Positions 10,187 to 19,015 of a stretch of DNA of 64,000 nt are shown in pieces. The DNA lies in NCBI GenBank assembly GCA_030658975.1, contig JAUSBL010000105.1:10971-74970 (forward strand), in the 5' to 3' direction. Below the pieces are notes generated by a model. The model did not search any database. It was not told where the DNA came from and worked only from the letters and a program-made list of their open reading frames with translations. The DNA is from Candidatus Latescibacterota bacterium (GTDB lineage Bacteria; Krumholzibacteriota; Krumholzibacteriia; LZORAL124-64-63). The translations under genes and the position numbers were made by a program. The first letter of the stretch is position 1. Each line of letters begins with the position of its first letter.

Positions 10187-10768
10187 ATGATGCTGCAATT
10201 TCGCATCGAGCTGCTCGGCGTCGACCCGCCCGTCTGGCGGCGACTGCTGATTCCGCACAATTATACCCTCTGGGACCTCCACGTGGCGATCCAGGACTCG
10301 ATGGGGTGGCTCGACTGCCACTTGCACGCCTTCAGGATCGTGGGTTCGCCGGTGACGTATGGGATTCCCGACGAGGACGGCGACGATCCTTTCGATACGC
10401 GCCCGGGTTGGGAGGCGCTGGTCCGGGACGTCTTCACCTTCGTCGACCCGATCGGGCTGTACGAGTACGACTTCGGCGACTCCTGGCAGCACCTCGTGGT
10501 GTTCGAAGATTTCGTGAGCGGCGGGAAGGCGGTCACACGCCCGAAGTGCATCGGCGGCGCGCGGCGGTGCCCGCCGGAAGATTGCGGCGGCGCCCACGGC
10601 TACGCCGAGTTCCTGGCGACGCTCGCCGATCCGGGCCACGATGAGCGCGTATCGCTGCTCGAATGGGTGGGCGGCCGGTTCGACGCAGAGGAGTTCGATG
10701 CTGCGGCCGTGAAGTTCGACCATCCCGGGAAGCGCTGGAAACAAGCGTTCATGGATGACGAGGGGTAG
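10187..10768 (+). CDS. Plasmid pRiA4b ORF-3-like family protein
   Basis: N-terminal signature FRIELLGVDPPVWRRLLIP...TLWDLHVAIQDSMGWLDCHLHAF typical of the family. Conserved CxxxxCGG at 10555-10590. Confidence 0.75.
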   Translation: MMLQFRIELLGVDPPVWRRLLIPHNYTLWDLHVAIQDSMGWLDCHLHAFRIVGSPVTYGIPDEDGDDPFDTRPGWEALVRDVFTFVDPIGLYEYDFGDSWQHLVVFEDFVSGGKAVTRPKCIGGARRCPPEDCGGAHGYAEFLATLADPGHDERVSLLEWVGGRFDAEEFDAAAVKFDHPGKRWKQAFMDDEG

Positions 10769-10829
10769 GTCTGCCGACCCGCGTCAACGCGTGGCGGACA
10801 TTATCACGACACCGCCTCGTCCCTGGCGC

Positions 10830-12035
10830 TCACTCCCCGATGACGATCGTGTAGGACCGGTTGACCGTCTGCCCTCCCTGCGGGCAGGAGTCGTAGACGG
10901 TGACGCGCACTTCCCAGCTCCCTGCCGCTTCCGCGGTGGGCGTACCGGTCAGCACTCCCGAGGAGAGCGTTTCCAGTCCCGGGATCGGCTCGGTGGGGAT
11001 GGCCCAGCGGGTGACCGTACCCTGGCCGCCGCTGGTCGTCGGTTCGAAATAGTAGAGCTGGCCGATGCTGCCGTCCGGCGGCTGCCCGCTGGTGATCACC
11101 AGCGGCGGGCATTCGCCGACGCCGGCGCGGGTCAGCACGTCCACGCAGTTGCCGCTGCAGTAGGGGGGCGTCGTGCTGCGCCAGGTGGAGCGCTTGGTAG
11201 CCGTGTCGGGCCCGTCCAGGGTCAGCGTACCGCGCTCGATCTCGTCGTCGTCGACCCGCTCGAAGTGGAAGGTGTCGCCGCAGACGAGGCCGGTGTAGGT
11301 GTCGCCGCCCTGGTCGACGTAGCTGGCCTCGTCGCCGTCCTGGGTGACCGTGAGCGTGACGTCGCCGCCGAACGGTTCGCCGCAGCTGTTGCCGCACTCG
11401 TAGGTGCCGGTCCAGGTCCCGGCGAAGTCTTCGGGCGCGGCGCAATTGCCCTCGGCCAGGTCCACCGCCACGGCGTCGACGCTGAACTCGGCGTCGAAGT
11501 TCGCGGTGACGGTCAGGCACAGGATCATCGAGCCGCGGTTGATGATCTGCAGCGTGGGACCGTCGGCGACGGCGGTCTCGGGCGAGACGACCAGCGACGT
11601 GCCGTGACTGACGGTGAACGGGCCGTAGAAGATGCCGGACTCGCACACGGTGGCAGGGTCGTCGCCGATGCGGATGGATGCCGTGGCGCCGAGGTCGTCG
11701 GCCGAACCGAAGAGACTGGCCACCTTGCGGGCGATCAACTGCCACAACGGGACGCCGCCGACCTGCACGTGGTCGAGCGTCGCCGTGACGTCGATCTCGG
11801 CGGCGGTCACCGGCGCGAGGTCGGGCGGCAGCTGGAGTGTGAACACGAGCGTGGAGGGCACGCCGGCTGAGAGTTGGACATCCGAGACGGCGCCCTCGAG
11901 CTCGGCCACCACGCGCTGCGGCTGCGGATCCTGCGGTTGGCCGGGTCCTTCGTCGCCGCAGCCGCCGCAGAGCGACCCCACCGCCAGAATCAGTGCGCCC
12001 AGAATCAGGTAGGCCGTCGGTCGTCGACAGTTCAT
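10830..12035 (-). CDS. Lipoprotein with a C-terminal putative Ig (He_PIG) domain
   Basis: GAGGAG RBS. Lipoprotein signal MNCRRPTAYLILGALILAVGSLCGGCG. C-terminal IPGLETLSSGVLTGTPTAEAAGSWEVRVTVYD matches the He_PIG pattern. Confidence 0.65.
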   Translation of the reverse strand: MNCRRPTAYLILGALILAVGSLCGGCGDEGPGQPQDPQPQRVVAELEGAVSDVQLSAGVPSTLVFTLQLPPDLAPVTAAEIDVTATLDHVQVGGVPLWQLIARKVASLFGSADDLGATASIRIGDDPATVCESGIFYGPFTVSHGTSLVVSPETAVADGPTLQIINRGSMILCLTVTANFDAEFSVDAVAVDLAEGNCAAPEDFAGTWTGTYECGNSCGEPFGGDVTLTVTQDGDEASYVDQGGDTYTGLVCGDTFHFERVDDDEIERGTLTLDGPDTATKRSTWRSTTPPYCSGNCVDVLTRAGVGECPPLVITSGQPPDGSIGQLYYFEPTTSGGQGTVTRWAIPTEPIPGLETLSSGVLTGTPTAEAAGSWEVRVTVYDSCPQGGQTVNRSYTIVIGE

Positions 12036-12311
12036 CGCACAGCTCCTCGATTCGGCATCCAAGGGAAAATCTACCGCCGAAACCAGGAGCATATCGGACC
12101 GAATTACTTGCGGTCAATGGGGTGCCGGACACCATATGACATGAATTTATGATATGACAATGTTCTGCCGGGAGCGCGGGACCCTCGGGACATCGTGTGG
12201 TGAAGTGGCACGCCGGTTGATCGGCCCCTATCATGGCATGGCCGAGGCAGTGATGATTGGATCGCGTCGGCAACAACGTCCAACCCGACCTCAGGTCCTG
12301 CGGAGCCGATC

Positions 12312-12788
12312 ATGAGCGTCACCGCTGCGATCCACAACACCGGCTACGAAGCCATCATCGCCCTGGTCATCGCCAACGCCACCGCCCAACTCATCAAGTT
12401 CGTGAGGGACTGGCGCCGGTACCGCCGCCCGAACTTCGACCTGCTGGTCGCCACCGGCGGCATGCCCTCGAGCCACAGTTCCACGGTGACGGCGTTGAGC
12501 ACCTCGGTCGGCCTGGTCGCCGGCTGGGACTCACCCGTCTTCGCTGTGGCCATCTGCTTCGCCTTCCTCACCATGTTCGATGCCGCCGGGCTGCGCCACT
12601 CCGCGAGTCTGCAGGCCCAGGCCCTGAACGTGATCGTGCGCGAGCTGCTCGCGCCGGACCACCGGCTCAATCACTACAAGTTGAAGGAACTCCTGGGTCA
12701 CACATCGCGCGAAGTGCTGGCCGGAGCCGTGCTGGGGGTGGGCGTGAGCCTGGGGCTGCGGCGGCTGCTGGTGCTGTTCGGCGGCTAG
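12312..12788 (+). CDS. Divergent PAP2 family membrane protein (DUF212/YuiD-like)
   Basis: Characteristic sequence GGMPSSHSSTVTALSTSVG...FDAAGLRHSAS...LGHTSREVLAGAVLG. Four predicted TM segments. Confidence 0.75.
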   Translation: MSVTAAIHNTGYEAIIALVIANATAQLIKFVRDWRRYRRPNFDLLVATGGMPSSHSSTVTALSTSVGLVAGWDSPVFAVAICFAFLTMFDAAGLRHSASLQAQALNVIVRELLAPDHRLNHYKLKELLGHTSREVLAGAVLGVGVSLGLRRLLVLFGG

Positions 12789-12889
12789 CTTGCGGCACCC
12801 CGCCGGGAATCGCCCGTAACTTACCATGGAATAATATCACGCCATGATGATGGCCCGGAAGCGATTGCGCCATCCGGCGGGTATCCATC

Positions 12890-12945
12890 TTTATTAACGA
12901 TATTGACACTGCATCTCATTATTGGTTGATAGTGTGTCTCGGCCG
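12890..12945 (+). promoter_or_regulatory. AT-rich putative sigma70-type promoter for the downstream secreted-protein gene
   Basis: TTGACA at 12905-12910 followed about 18 nt later by TGATAGT (extended -10-like). It sits in a locally AT-rich island within a 70% GC background, about 70 nt upstream of ATG 13014. Confidence 0.35.
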
Positions 12946-13013
12946 TGTCTTGGCCCGCGCGACGCAAGCCCGCGTCGCTTTCAGGCAGACCCCGAGCGAT
13001 TCCCAAGGAGTCA

Positions 13014-13772
13014 TCGATGCGCCACATTAAAGTCCTGCTGACGATCCTCTCCCTCGTCCTGGCCGTGACCGCAGTGTCCCAGCCGACCGCCGCGTCGGCG
13101 TCGGCCTACTCGATCACCTGGCTGGACATGTCGCCGACCGCGATCGGCTCGGTGGTGCCCAACGGCTCGGTCTTCTTCGTGCCGGGCATCGGCAACGTCA
13201 CGGTCACCTACTCGATCCCCGCCCACTGGACGCACGGTCGCAACCAGAACCCGCTGTACACGGTGGGCAGCGTCACCAGCGGGTTGGATACGTACTCGTG
13301 GTCCAACTACGAGCATTTCGGCACGATCTTCGTTGACGGCTTGCTGGGACCGGAGTCGGCCACCATCACCTACACGTTCGCGGGCACGCTGCCGGCGGGC
13401 TCGGTCTACGTCGGGACCATCGGCCTCGGCGCCACCACGAGTTTCGGCGGCGGCGCCTCGGTCACGACCGTCAACCAGAACGGCACGTTCCTGGGCGACT
13501 ACATCGGCGACGTCACCGCAGGCGCCTCGCAGTTCACCGGCGGCGCGGGGACGTTCTCGGTGCAGAACTCGGTCACGGGCGCCGGCGGCGCCAATCCCTG
13601 GTGGAACACGCAGCTGGGCGTCGTGCGCATCGATGACGCGGTGTCGAGCATCACCGTGCACCAGAGCCTGATCCGCGGCGACGGGATCGGCGTCAACATC
13701 GGCTTCGTGCGCGACGGGATCGTCGCCAACGAGGCCGCGGCCTGGGGCGACGTCAAGGCTCTGTTCAAGTAG
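13014..13772 (+). CDS. Secreted hypothetical protein ending in the ANEAAxWGxVKxxFK motif
   Basis: AAGGAG RBS. Signal peptide MRHIKVLLTILSLVLAVTAVSQPTAASA. Gly/Ser/Thr-rich beta-type body. C-terminus IVANEAAAWGDVKALFK is shared with the genes at 20202..20969 and 27167..28105. Confidence 0.7.
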   Translation, partial: SMRHIKVLLTILSLVLAVTAVSQPTAASASAYSITWLDMSPTAIGSVVPNGSVFFVPGIGNVTVTYSIPAHWTHGRNQNPLYTVGSVTSGLDTYSWSNYEHFGTIFVDGLLGPESATITYTFAGTLPAGSVYVGTIGLGATTSFGGGASVTTVNQNGTFLGDYIGDVTAGASQFTGGAGTFSVQNSVTGAGGANPWWNTQLGVVRIDDAVSSITVHQSLIRGDGIGVNIGFVRDGIVANEAAAWGDVKALFK

Positions 13773-13796
13773 CCTGGAGATACCCAACCGATTGCG

Positions 13797-13831
13797 GCGA
13801 CGGCCGGCTCCCGAGGGGGGTCGGCCGTCGT
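13797..13831 (+). terminator. GC-rich hairpin immediately downstream of the 13014..13772 gene (putative intrinsic terminator without a U-tract)
   Basis: Stem GACGGCCG (13799-13806) pairs with CGGCCGTC (13822-13829) around a 15-nt loop, 25 nt after the stop codon. Confidence 0.35.
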
Positions 13832-14058
13832 CATGACACGATGGCGCCTCCGCCGCCGAGCGTGTCTTCCGCCGAACTCCCACCAATTTGACACTGGACG
13901 ATACGCGACGATTTTGGTAGTGTTTCCATGCTTCAGGTTTACTGATCCGATGTTCGCCAACTGATCGCAACCGTTCGAACACAACATCAAGTGAAGGCGC
14001 CCCCGCCTGACCGCCGGGGGCTTGCATGCGACAACCTCTTACAAGGGAGAGACATGCG

Positions 14059-14625
14059 ATGATCGGAGGCTCCATTCTACTGCGCACCCGGCTGGTGCCC
14101 GTTGCCATCGTTCTGCTGCTGGCGTCCGGCGCCCAAGGTAAATCCCCGCCGGAAACCGAACTCCAGATGGGTGAACGACTGGTCCAGGTCCTGGACTGCA
14201 ACATCTGCCACTCGCCGAAGGTGTTCACGCCCCAGGGCCCGCGACCGGACGCAACCCGTCTTCTGTCGGGTCATCCGGCCGGCGTCAGGCTGCCCGCGAT
14301 CCCGAAGGGCGTGATCGGTCCGGAGGCGTGGGGTGGCCTCCACGACAACAACATGACCGCCTGGGCGGGACCCTGGGGCGTGAGCTTCGCCACCAACCTG
14401 ACACCGGACAACGAGACGGGGATCGGCGTCTGGACGGAAGAGATGTTTGTCAACGCGATCCGCAAGGGCAAGCACATGGGCGTGGCGCGCCCGATCCTGC
14501 CGCCGATGCCCTGGCAGGCGTACTCCCACCTCAGCGACGAAGAGCTGCGCGCAGTCTTCGTCTACCTGAAATCGTTGCCACCCATCAAGAACGAAGTGCC
14601 GGCGCCCCTGCCGCCCACGAAGTGA
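14059..14625 (+). CDS. Mono-haem c-type cytochrome, periplasmic
   Basis: Signal peptide (MIGGSILLRTRLVPVAIVLLLASGAQG). Single CxxCH motif (CNICH). Preceded by a 7-bp-stem hairpin at 13999-14021. Confidence 0.75.
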   Translation: MIGGSILLRTRLVPVAIVLLLASGAQGKSPPETELQMGERLVQVLDCNICHSPKVFTPQGPRPDATRLLSGHPAGVRLPAIPKGVIGPEAWGGLHDNNMTAWAGPWGVSFATNLTPDNETGIGVWTEEMFVNAIRKGKHMGVARPILPPMPWQAYSHLSDEELRAVFVYLKSLPPIKNEVPAPLPPTK

Positions 14626-14677
14626 TCACCACGGGCGCCGGGTACTCCGGCGCCCGAGGACTTTCCGGAGGTAGACC

Positions 14678-15628
14678 ATGGCGGACAAGAAGATCATCGC
14701 CGTCGTAGGCGCGACTGGTGCGCAGGGCGGCGGACTCGTGCAGGCCATCCTGGACGATCCCGACGGCCCCTTCCGCGTGCGCGCGCTCACGCGGGATCCC
14801 CACGGAGAGAAGGGCAAGCAGCTCGCCAGCCGGGGCGCGGAGGTCGTCAGAGCGGATCTGGACGACCCGGGCAGCCTGAGGCCGGCGTTCCGGGGCGCCC
14901 ACGGCGCCTTCTGCGTCACCAACTACTGGGAGCACTTCTCGCCCGAAAAGGAGCTGTCCCAGGCGACGAATCTGGCGGAAGCGGCGAAGGCCGAGGGACT
15001 GAAGCACGTCGTCTGGTCGACGCTCGAGGATACGCGCCGCTGGGTGCCCCTCGACGACGATCGCATGCCCACACTGATGGGGGCGTACAAGGTGCCGCAC
15101 TTCGACGCCAAGGGCGAAGCCGACCTGGCGTTCGCCTCCCGCGGCGTGCCGACGACGTTCCTGCTGACGTCTTTCTACTGGGACAATCTGATCCACTTCG
15201 GGATGGGCCCGAAACCGGGGCCGGACGGCAAGCTGGCCTTCACCCTGCCGATGGGCGACAAGAAGCTGCCGGGCATCGCCGCCGGCGACATCGGACGCTG
15301 CGCATACGGCATCTTCATGCGGGGCTCCGCCTACGCGGGCAAGACGGTCGGCATCGCCGGCGCCCACCTGACCGGCGCGAAGATGGCGGCCTCGCTCGAG
15401 AAGGCGCTCGGTCGCGAAGTCGTCTACAACGCGGTGACGCCCGAGGTCTACCGCGGTTTCGGTTTCCCGGGCGCCGACGACCTTGGCAACATGTTCCAGT
15501 TCAAGCACGACTTCGAGCGGGAATTCTGTGGAGCGCGGAAGCTGGACGAGTCCCGCGCGCTCTATCCCGCGCTGCAGAATTTCGATACGTGGCTCGCCGC
15601 GAACAAGGCGCGCATACCGCTCGAGTAG
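14678..15628 (+). CDS. NmrA-family NAD(P)-binding protein
   Basis: GGAGGTAGACC RBS. N-terminal IIAVVGATGAQGGGLVQAIL Rossmann motif. Overall NmrA/HSCARG-like length of 316 aa. Confidence 0.8.
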   Translation: MADKKIIAVVGATGAQGGGLVQAILDDPDGPFRVRALTRDPHGEKGKQLASRGAEVVRADLDDPGSLRPAFRGAHGAFCVTNYWEHFSPEKELSQATNLAEAAKAEGLKHVVWSTLEDTRRWVPLDDDRMPTLMGAYKVPHFDAKGEADLAFASRGVPTTFLLTSFYWDNLIHFGMGPKPGPDGKLAFTLPMGDKKLPGIAAGDIGRCAYGIFMRGSAYAGKTVGIAGAHLTGAKMAASLEKALGREVVYNAVTPEVYRGFGFPGADDLGNMFQFKHDFEREFCGARKLDESRALYPALQNFDTWLAANKARIPLE

Positions 15629-15635
15629 CGGACGC

Positions 15636-17108
15636 TCAACGCACCAGGGTCATCCGTCTTGATTGCCGGGTCCCGTCCTGCTGCAGCGTGTAAAGGTAGA
15701 CCCCGGCCGGCGCGGCCAGACCGTTGTCGTCGTTGCCGTCCCACACGACCGTGCGGTCCCCGGCGGCCTGCACCTCGTCGACGAGGGTGCGCACCCGATG
15801 GCCGGCGAGGTCGAAGATGCCCAGGGTCACCCGGGCGCCGTCGCGCACCGCACGGTAGGCGATCGTCGTGCGCGGATTGAAGGGGTTGGGCGTGTTGCCG
15901 GCGAGCAGGGCGATCGGAGCGGCCGGTTCGCCTGCCGCCGTGGACGCGTCCAGGCGGAGATGGTAGATCTCGCCGCGGCTGCGGTCGACGGCGTACAGTT
16001 CGCCGGCCGCGTCGCGGCCGATGGAAGCGAGGTTGCCCCAGCCTCCGTCGGGTTGCAGCGTGGCGGACCAGTTCTGGGCGGCGCTCACACCGTCGCCGCC
16101 GTCCCACACCACCGACCAGATCAGGTCGCTGCAGAAATCCGCGAAGAAGAAATGCCCGTTCAGGCCGGGATTGCCCGCGCCCCGGTAGACCTGGCCACCG
16201 GAGATCGAGCAGCCGCTCGGCGCCGGGCCGGAGTGCCGGTACTCGAAGATGGGCAGGGTGAGGCCCGTGAAGTCGCAGCCGCTCGCCGGCTCGTGGCACA
16301 AAGAGCCCTCGGTGATGTCCCACCCCCAGTTCAGGCCGCCCAAGCCGGCTGGCTGCACGTTCACTTCCTCGACGCGGGTCTCGCCGACATCGGCGATGTA
16401 GAGGTCGCCGGTCCCGGTGTCGAAGGCGAAGGTCCACGGATTGCGCAGACCGAAATGCCAGATCTCGTCCAGCGGCGCCGAGCCCACGAACGGATTGTCG
16501 GGCGGGACGGCGTAGCCGGTCGGCGTCGAGACGTCGAGGCGCAGCATCTTGCCGAGCAGTGTCAGGGGATCCTGCGCCCGCTCTTCCGGATCGCCGCCGC
16601 CGCCGCCATCGCCGAGGCCGATGTACAGCATGCCGTCCGGTCCGAATTCGAGATGGCCGCCGTTGTGGTTGTCGGAGGGTTGCGTGACCGCCAGGATGAT
16701 CTCCGCGCTCGCCGGGTCGGCGGCATCGGGATCGGCGGAAACCTCGTAACGGACGATGCGGGTGTTGCCGCCGTTGTTGGTGTAGTTGATGTAGAACCGG
16801 CCGCTCTGCCCGTAGTCGGGAGCGAAGGCGAGACCGAGCAGGCCGCGCTCTCCGGATGCGCCGGTCAGGGCGGTCGCGTCAAGGAAGACTCCGAGCGGGT
16901 CGCCGGTCCGCGAGAACACCTTGATCAGCCCGTCCTGCTCGACGACGAAGAGGCGGTCGTCGTCCGGAGGCGAGACCAGGCGAACCGGCTGGTCCAGGTC
17001 GCCGATGACCAGTTCGACGCCGATCTGCGCTTCCGCGACGGCAGGCGGCAGGATCAGGACACCGAGAAGAATCACCAGCAACGGTGATGGTTTGCTATGA
17101 ATGCGCAT
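15636..17108 (-). CDS. Soluble PQQ-dependent (sGDH/sorbosone dehydrogenase-type) sugar dehydrogenase with a T9SS CTD
   Basis: Signal peptide. GSDH-family motifs (GLLGLAFAPDY, SDNHNGGHLEFGPDGMLYIGLGDGG, HFGLRNPW). C-terminal [14 protein letters not shown]...GVYLYTL...RMTLVR. Confidence 0.8.
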   Translation of the reverse strand: MRIHSKPSPLLVILLGVLILPPAVAEAQIGVELVIGDLDQPVRLVSPPDDDRLFVVEQDGLIKVFSRTGDPLGVFLDATALTGASGERGLLGLAFAPDYGQSGRFYINYTNNGGNTRIVRYEVSADPDAADPASAEIILAVTQPSDNHNGGHLEFGPDGMLYIGLGDGGGGGDPEERAQDPLTLLGKMLRLDVSTPTGYAVPPDNPFVGSAPLDEIWHFGLRNPWTFAFDTGTGDLYIADVGETRVEEVNVQPAGLGGLNWGWDITEGSLCHEPASGCDFTGLTLPIFEYRHSGPAPSGCSISGGQVYRGAGNPGLNGHFFFADFCSDLIWSVVWDGGDGVSAAQNWSATLQPDGGWGNLASIGRDAAGELYAVDRSRGEIYHLRLDASTAAGEPAAPIALLAGNTPNPFNPRTTIAYRAVRDGARVTLGIFDLAGHRVRTLVDEVQAAGDRTVVWDGNDDNGLAAPAGVYLYTLQQDGTRQSRRMTLVR

Positions 17109-17269
17109 GGAAGAATATCCTCGTCGTTGGTGGGGATGGAGGCGGAGGTCGTTCTGGCAGGATAGGCAGGGCCGGTCCGGCCGGCCACCGCCCGGGACGT
17201 CCTTGCCGAGGTGGCTCCCCGCCGCGCCATGCGATATGATCGACGATGCACCTCCTCAAGGAGCTGATC

Positions 17270-18982
17270 ATGCGCCGTACGCCTTCCCCCACGCTGGTTC
17301 CGCTCGCCCTCCTCTGTGTCCTGGCCTGCGGTTCGGCCATCGCCGCGGACCGGGTGACCGGCAGCAGCTTCACCACCCGCTCCGAGGTGATCGCGCCGCA
17401 CGCCATGGCCTGCACCAGCCAACCCCTGGCCACGCAGATCGCCCTGGACGTGCTGAAAGCCGGCGGTTCGGCCGTCGATGCGGCCATCGCGGCCAACGCC
17501 GCCCTCGGACTGATGGAGCCCACCGGCAGCGGCATCGGCGGCGACCTGTTCGCCATCGTCTGGGATGCGAAGACCCGCCGCCTCTACGGCCTGAACGCCA
17601 GCGGCCGCTCGCCCCGCGCCCTCACGCTGGAGGAGTTCCAGAAACGCGGCCTGGAGTTCGTGCCGCCGCGCGGCCCGCTGCCGATCTCGGTGCCCGGTTG
17701 CGTCGACGGCTGGTTCGAGCTGCACGCCAGGTTCGGGCGTCTGCCGATGCCCGACCTGCTGGCCCCGACCGTGCGCTACGCCCGCGAGGGCTTCCCCGTC
17801 TCCGAGCTGATCGCCCACTACTGGCAGCTCAGCGTGCCGAACCTGATCGGGTACCCCGGCTTCCGCGAGGCCTTCACGCGCGACGGCCGCGCCCCGGCCA
17901 AGGGCGAGATGTGGACCAACCCCCTGCTGGCCGCCACGCTCGAACGGATCGGCCGCGAGGGCCGCGACGCCTTCTACAAGGGCGAGATGGCCCGCACCAT
18001 CGCCAACACCGTGCAGAAGGCCGGCGGCTTCCTGAGCTACGAGGACCTCGCCGACCACCGCAGCGAGTGGGTCGAGCCCGTCGCCACGAACTACCGCGGC
18101 GTCGAGGTCTGGGAACTGCCGCCCAACGGCCAGGGCATCGCCACCCTGCAGATCCTCAACCTGCTCGAGGGCTACGACGTCGCGGGGATGGGCTTCGGCA
18201 GCCTGGAGTACGTCCACGCCTTCGTCGAAGCCAAGAAGCTGGCGTTCGAGGACCGGGCGCGCTTCTACGCCGACCCCGATTTCGCCGACGTGCCGGTGGC
18301 CGGCCTGCTCTCGAAGGCCTACGCCGACGAGCGCCGCGCGCTGATCGACCCGCGCCGCGCCGCCCGCCGCATCGACGCCGGCAACCCGGCCCTGCGCCAG
18401 GGCGACACGATCTACCTGACCGTCGCCGACGCCGACCGCAACCTGGTCTCGCTGATCCAGAGCAACTACCGCGGCATGGGCAGCGGCGTCTGTCCCGAGG
18501 GACTGGGCTTCTGCCTGCAGGACCGCGGCGAGCTGTTCAGCCTCAAGCCCGGCGAGGCCAACACCTACGCGCCGGGCAAGCGCCCCTTCCACACCATTAT
18601 CCCGGCCTTCGCCACCCGCGACGGCGAGCCCTGGCTCAGCTTCGGCGTCATGGGGGGCAGCACCCAGCCCCAGGGCCAGGCGCAGATCATCGTGAACCTC
18701 GTGGACTTCGGTATGGACCTGCAGGCGGCGGGCGACGCCCCGCGCATCCTGCACGAGGGCTCGAGCGAGCCCACCGGCACCCTGATGACCGATGGGGGCG
18801 TGGTCAGCCTTGAGACGGGCTTCGCCCCGGAGGTGATCCGCGGGTTGGCCGGCAGGGGCCACCAAATCCAGGTGGACGTGGGGTCGTTCGGGGGATATCA
18901 GGCTATCATGTACGACCGTGTTCAGAACGTGTATTACGGGGCCAGCGAGTCGCGCAAGGACGGGCAGGCCGCCGGCTACTAG
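17270..18982 (+). CDS. ggt: Gamma-glutamyltransferase
   Basis: AAGGAG RBS and signal peptide. GGT family throughout (GGSAVDAAIAANAALGLMEPTGSGIGGD, nucleophile region GDTIYLTVADADRN, GGSTQPQG). Confidence 0.9.
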   Translation: MRRTPSPTLVPLALLCVLACGSAIAADRVTGSSFTTRSEVIAPHAMACTSQPLATQIALDVLKAGGSAVDAAIAANAALGLMEPTGSGIGGDLFAIVWDAKTRRLYGLNASGRSPRALTLEEFQKRGLEFVPPRGPLPISVPGCVDGWFELHARFGRLPMPDLLAPTVRYAREGFPVSELIAHYWQLSVPNLIGYPGFREAFTRDGRAPAKGEMWTNPLLAATLERIGREGRDAFYKGEMARTIANTVQKAGGFLSYEDLADHRSEWVEPVATNYRGVEVWELPPNGQGIATLQILNLLEGYDVAGMGFGSLEYVHAFVEAKKLAFEDRARFYADPDFADVPVAGLLSKAYADERRALIDPRRAARRIDAGNPALRQGDTIYLTVADADRNLVSLIQSNYRGMGSGVCPEGLGFCLQDRGELFSLKPGEANTYAPGKRPFHTIIPAFATRDGEPWLSFGVMGGSTQPQGQAQIIVNLVDFGMDLQAAGDAPRILHEGSSEPTGTLMTDGGVVSLETGFAPEVIRGLAGRGHQIQVDVGSFGGYQAIMYDRVQNVYYGASESRKDGQAAGY

Positions 18983-19015
18983 ACGCGATGACGATGGAGT
19001 GTGCGGTGTGAAGCG

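Noticed and set aside
10804-12276. 490-aa minus-strand ORF overlapping the He_PIG lipoprotein gene in another frame
   Set aside because: The 10830..12035 frame has a lipoprotein signal, RBS and domain. This frame is R/P/G-rich with no features.
15663-17087. 474-aa plus-strand ORF antisense to the PQQ dehydrogenase
   Set aside because: Antisense to a gene with sGDH motifs and CTD. No motifs of its own.
17072-18865. Long overlapping ORFs around the ggt gene (597 aa on the minus strand at 17072..18865, 570 aa on the plus strand at 17101..18813)
   Set aside because: The ggt frame (17270..18982) carries the full GGT signature; the others are frame artefacts.
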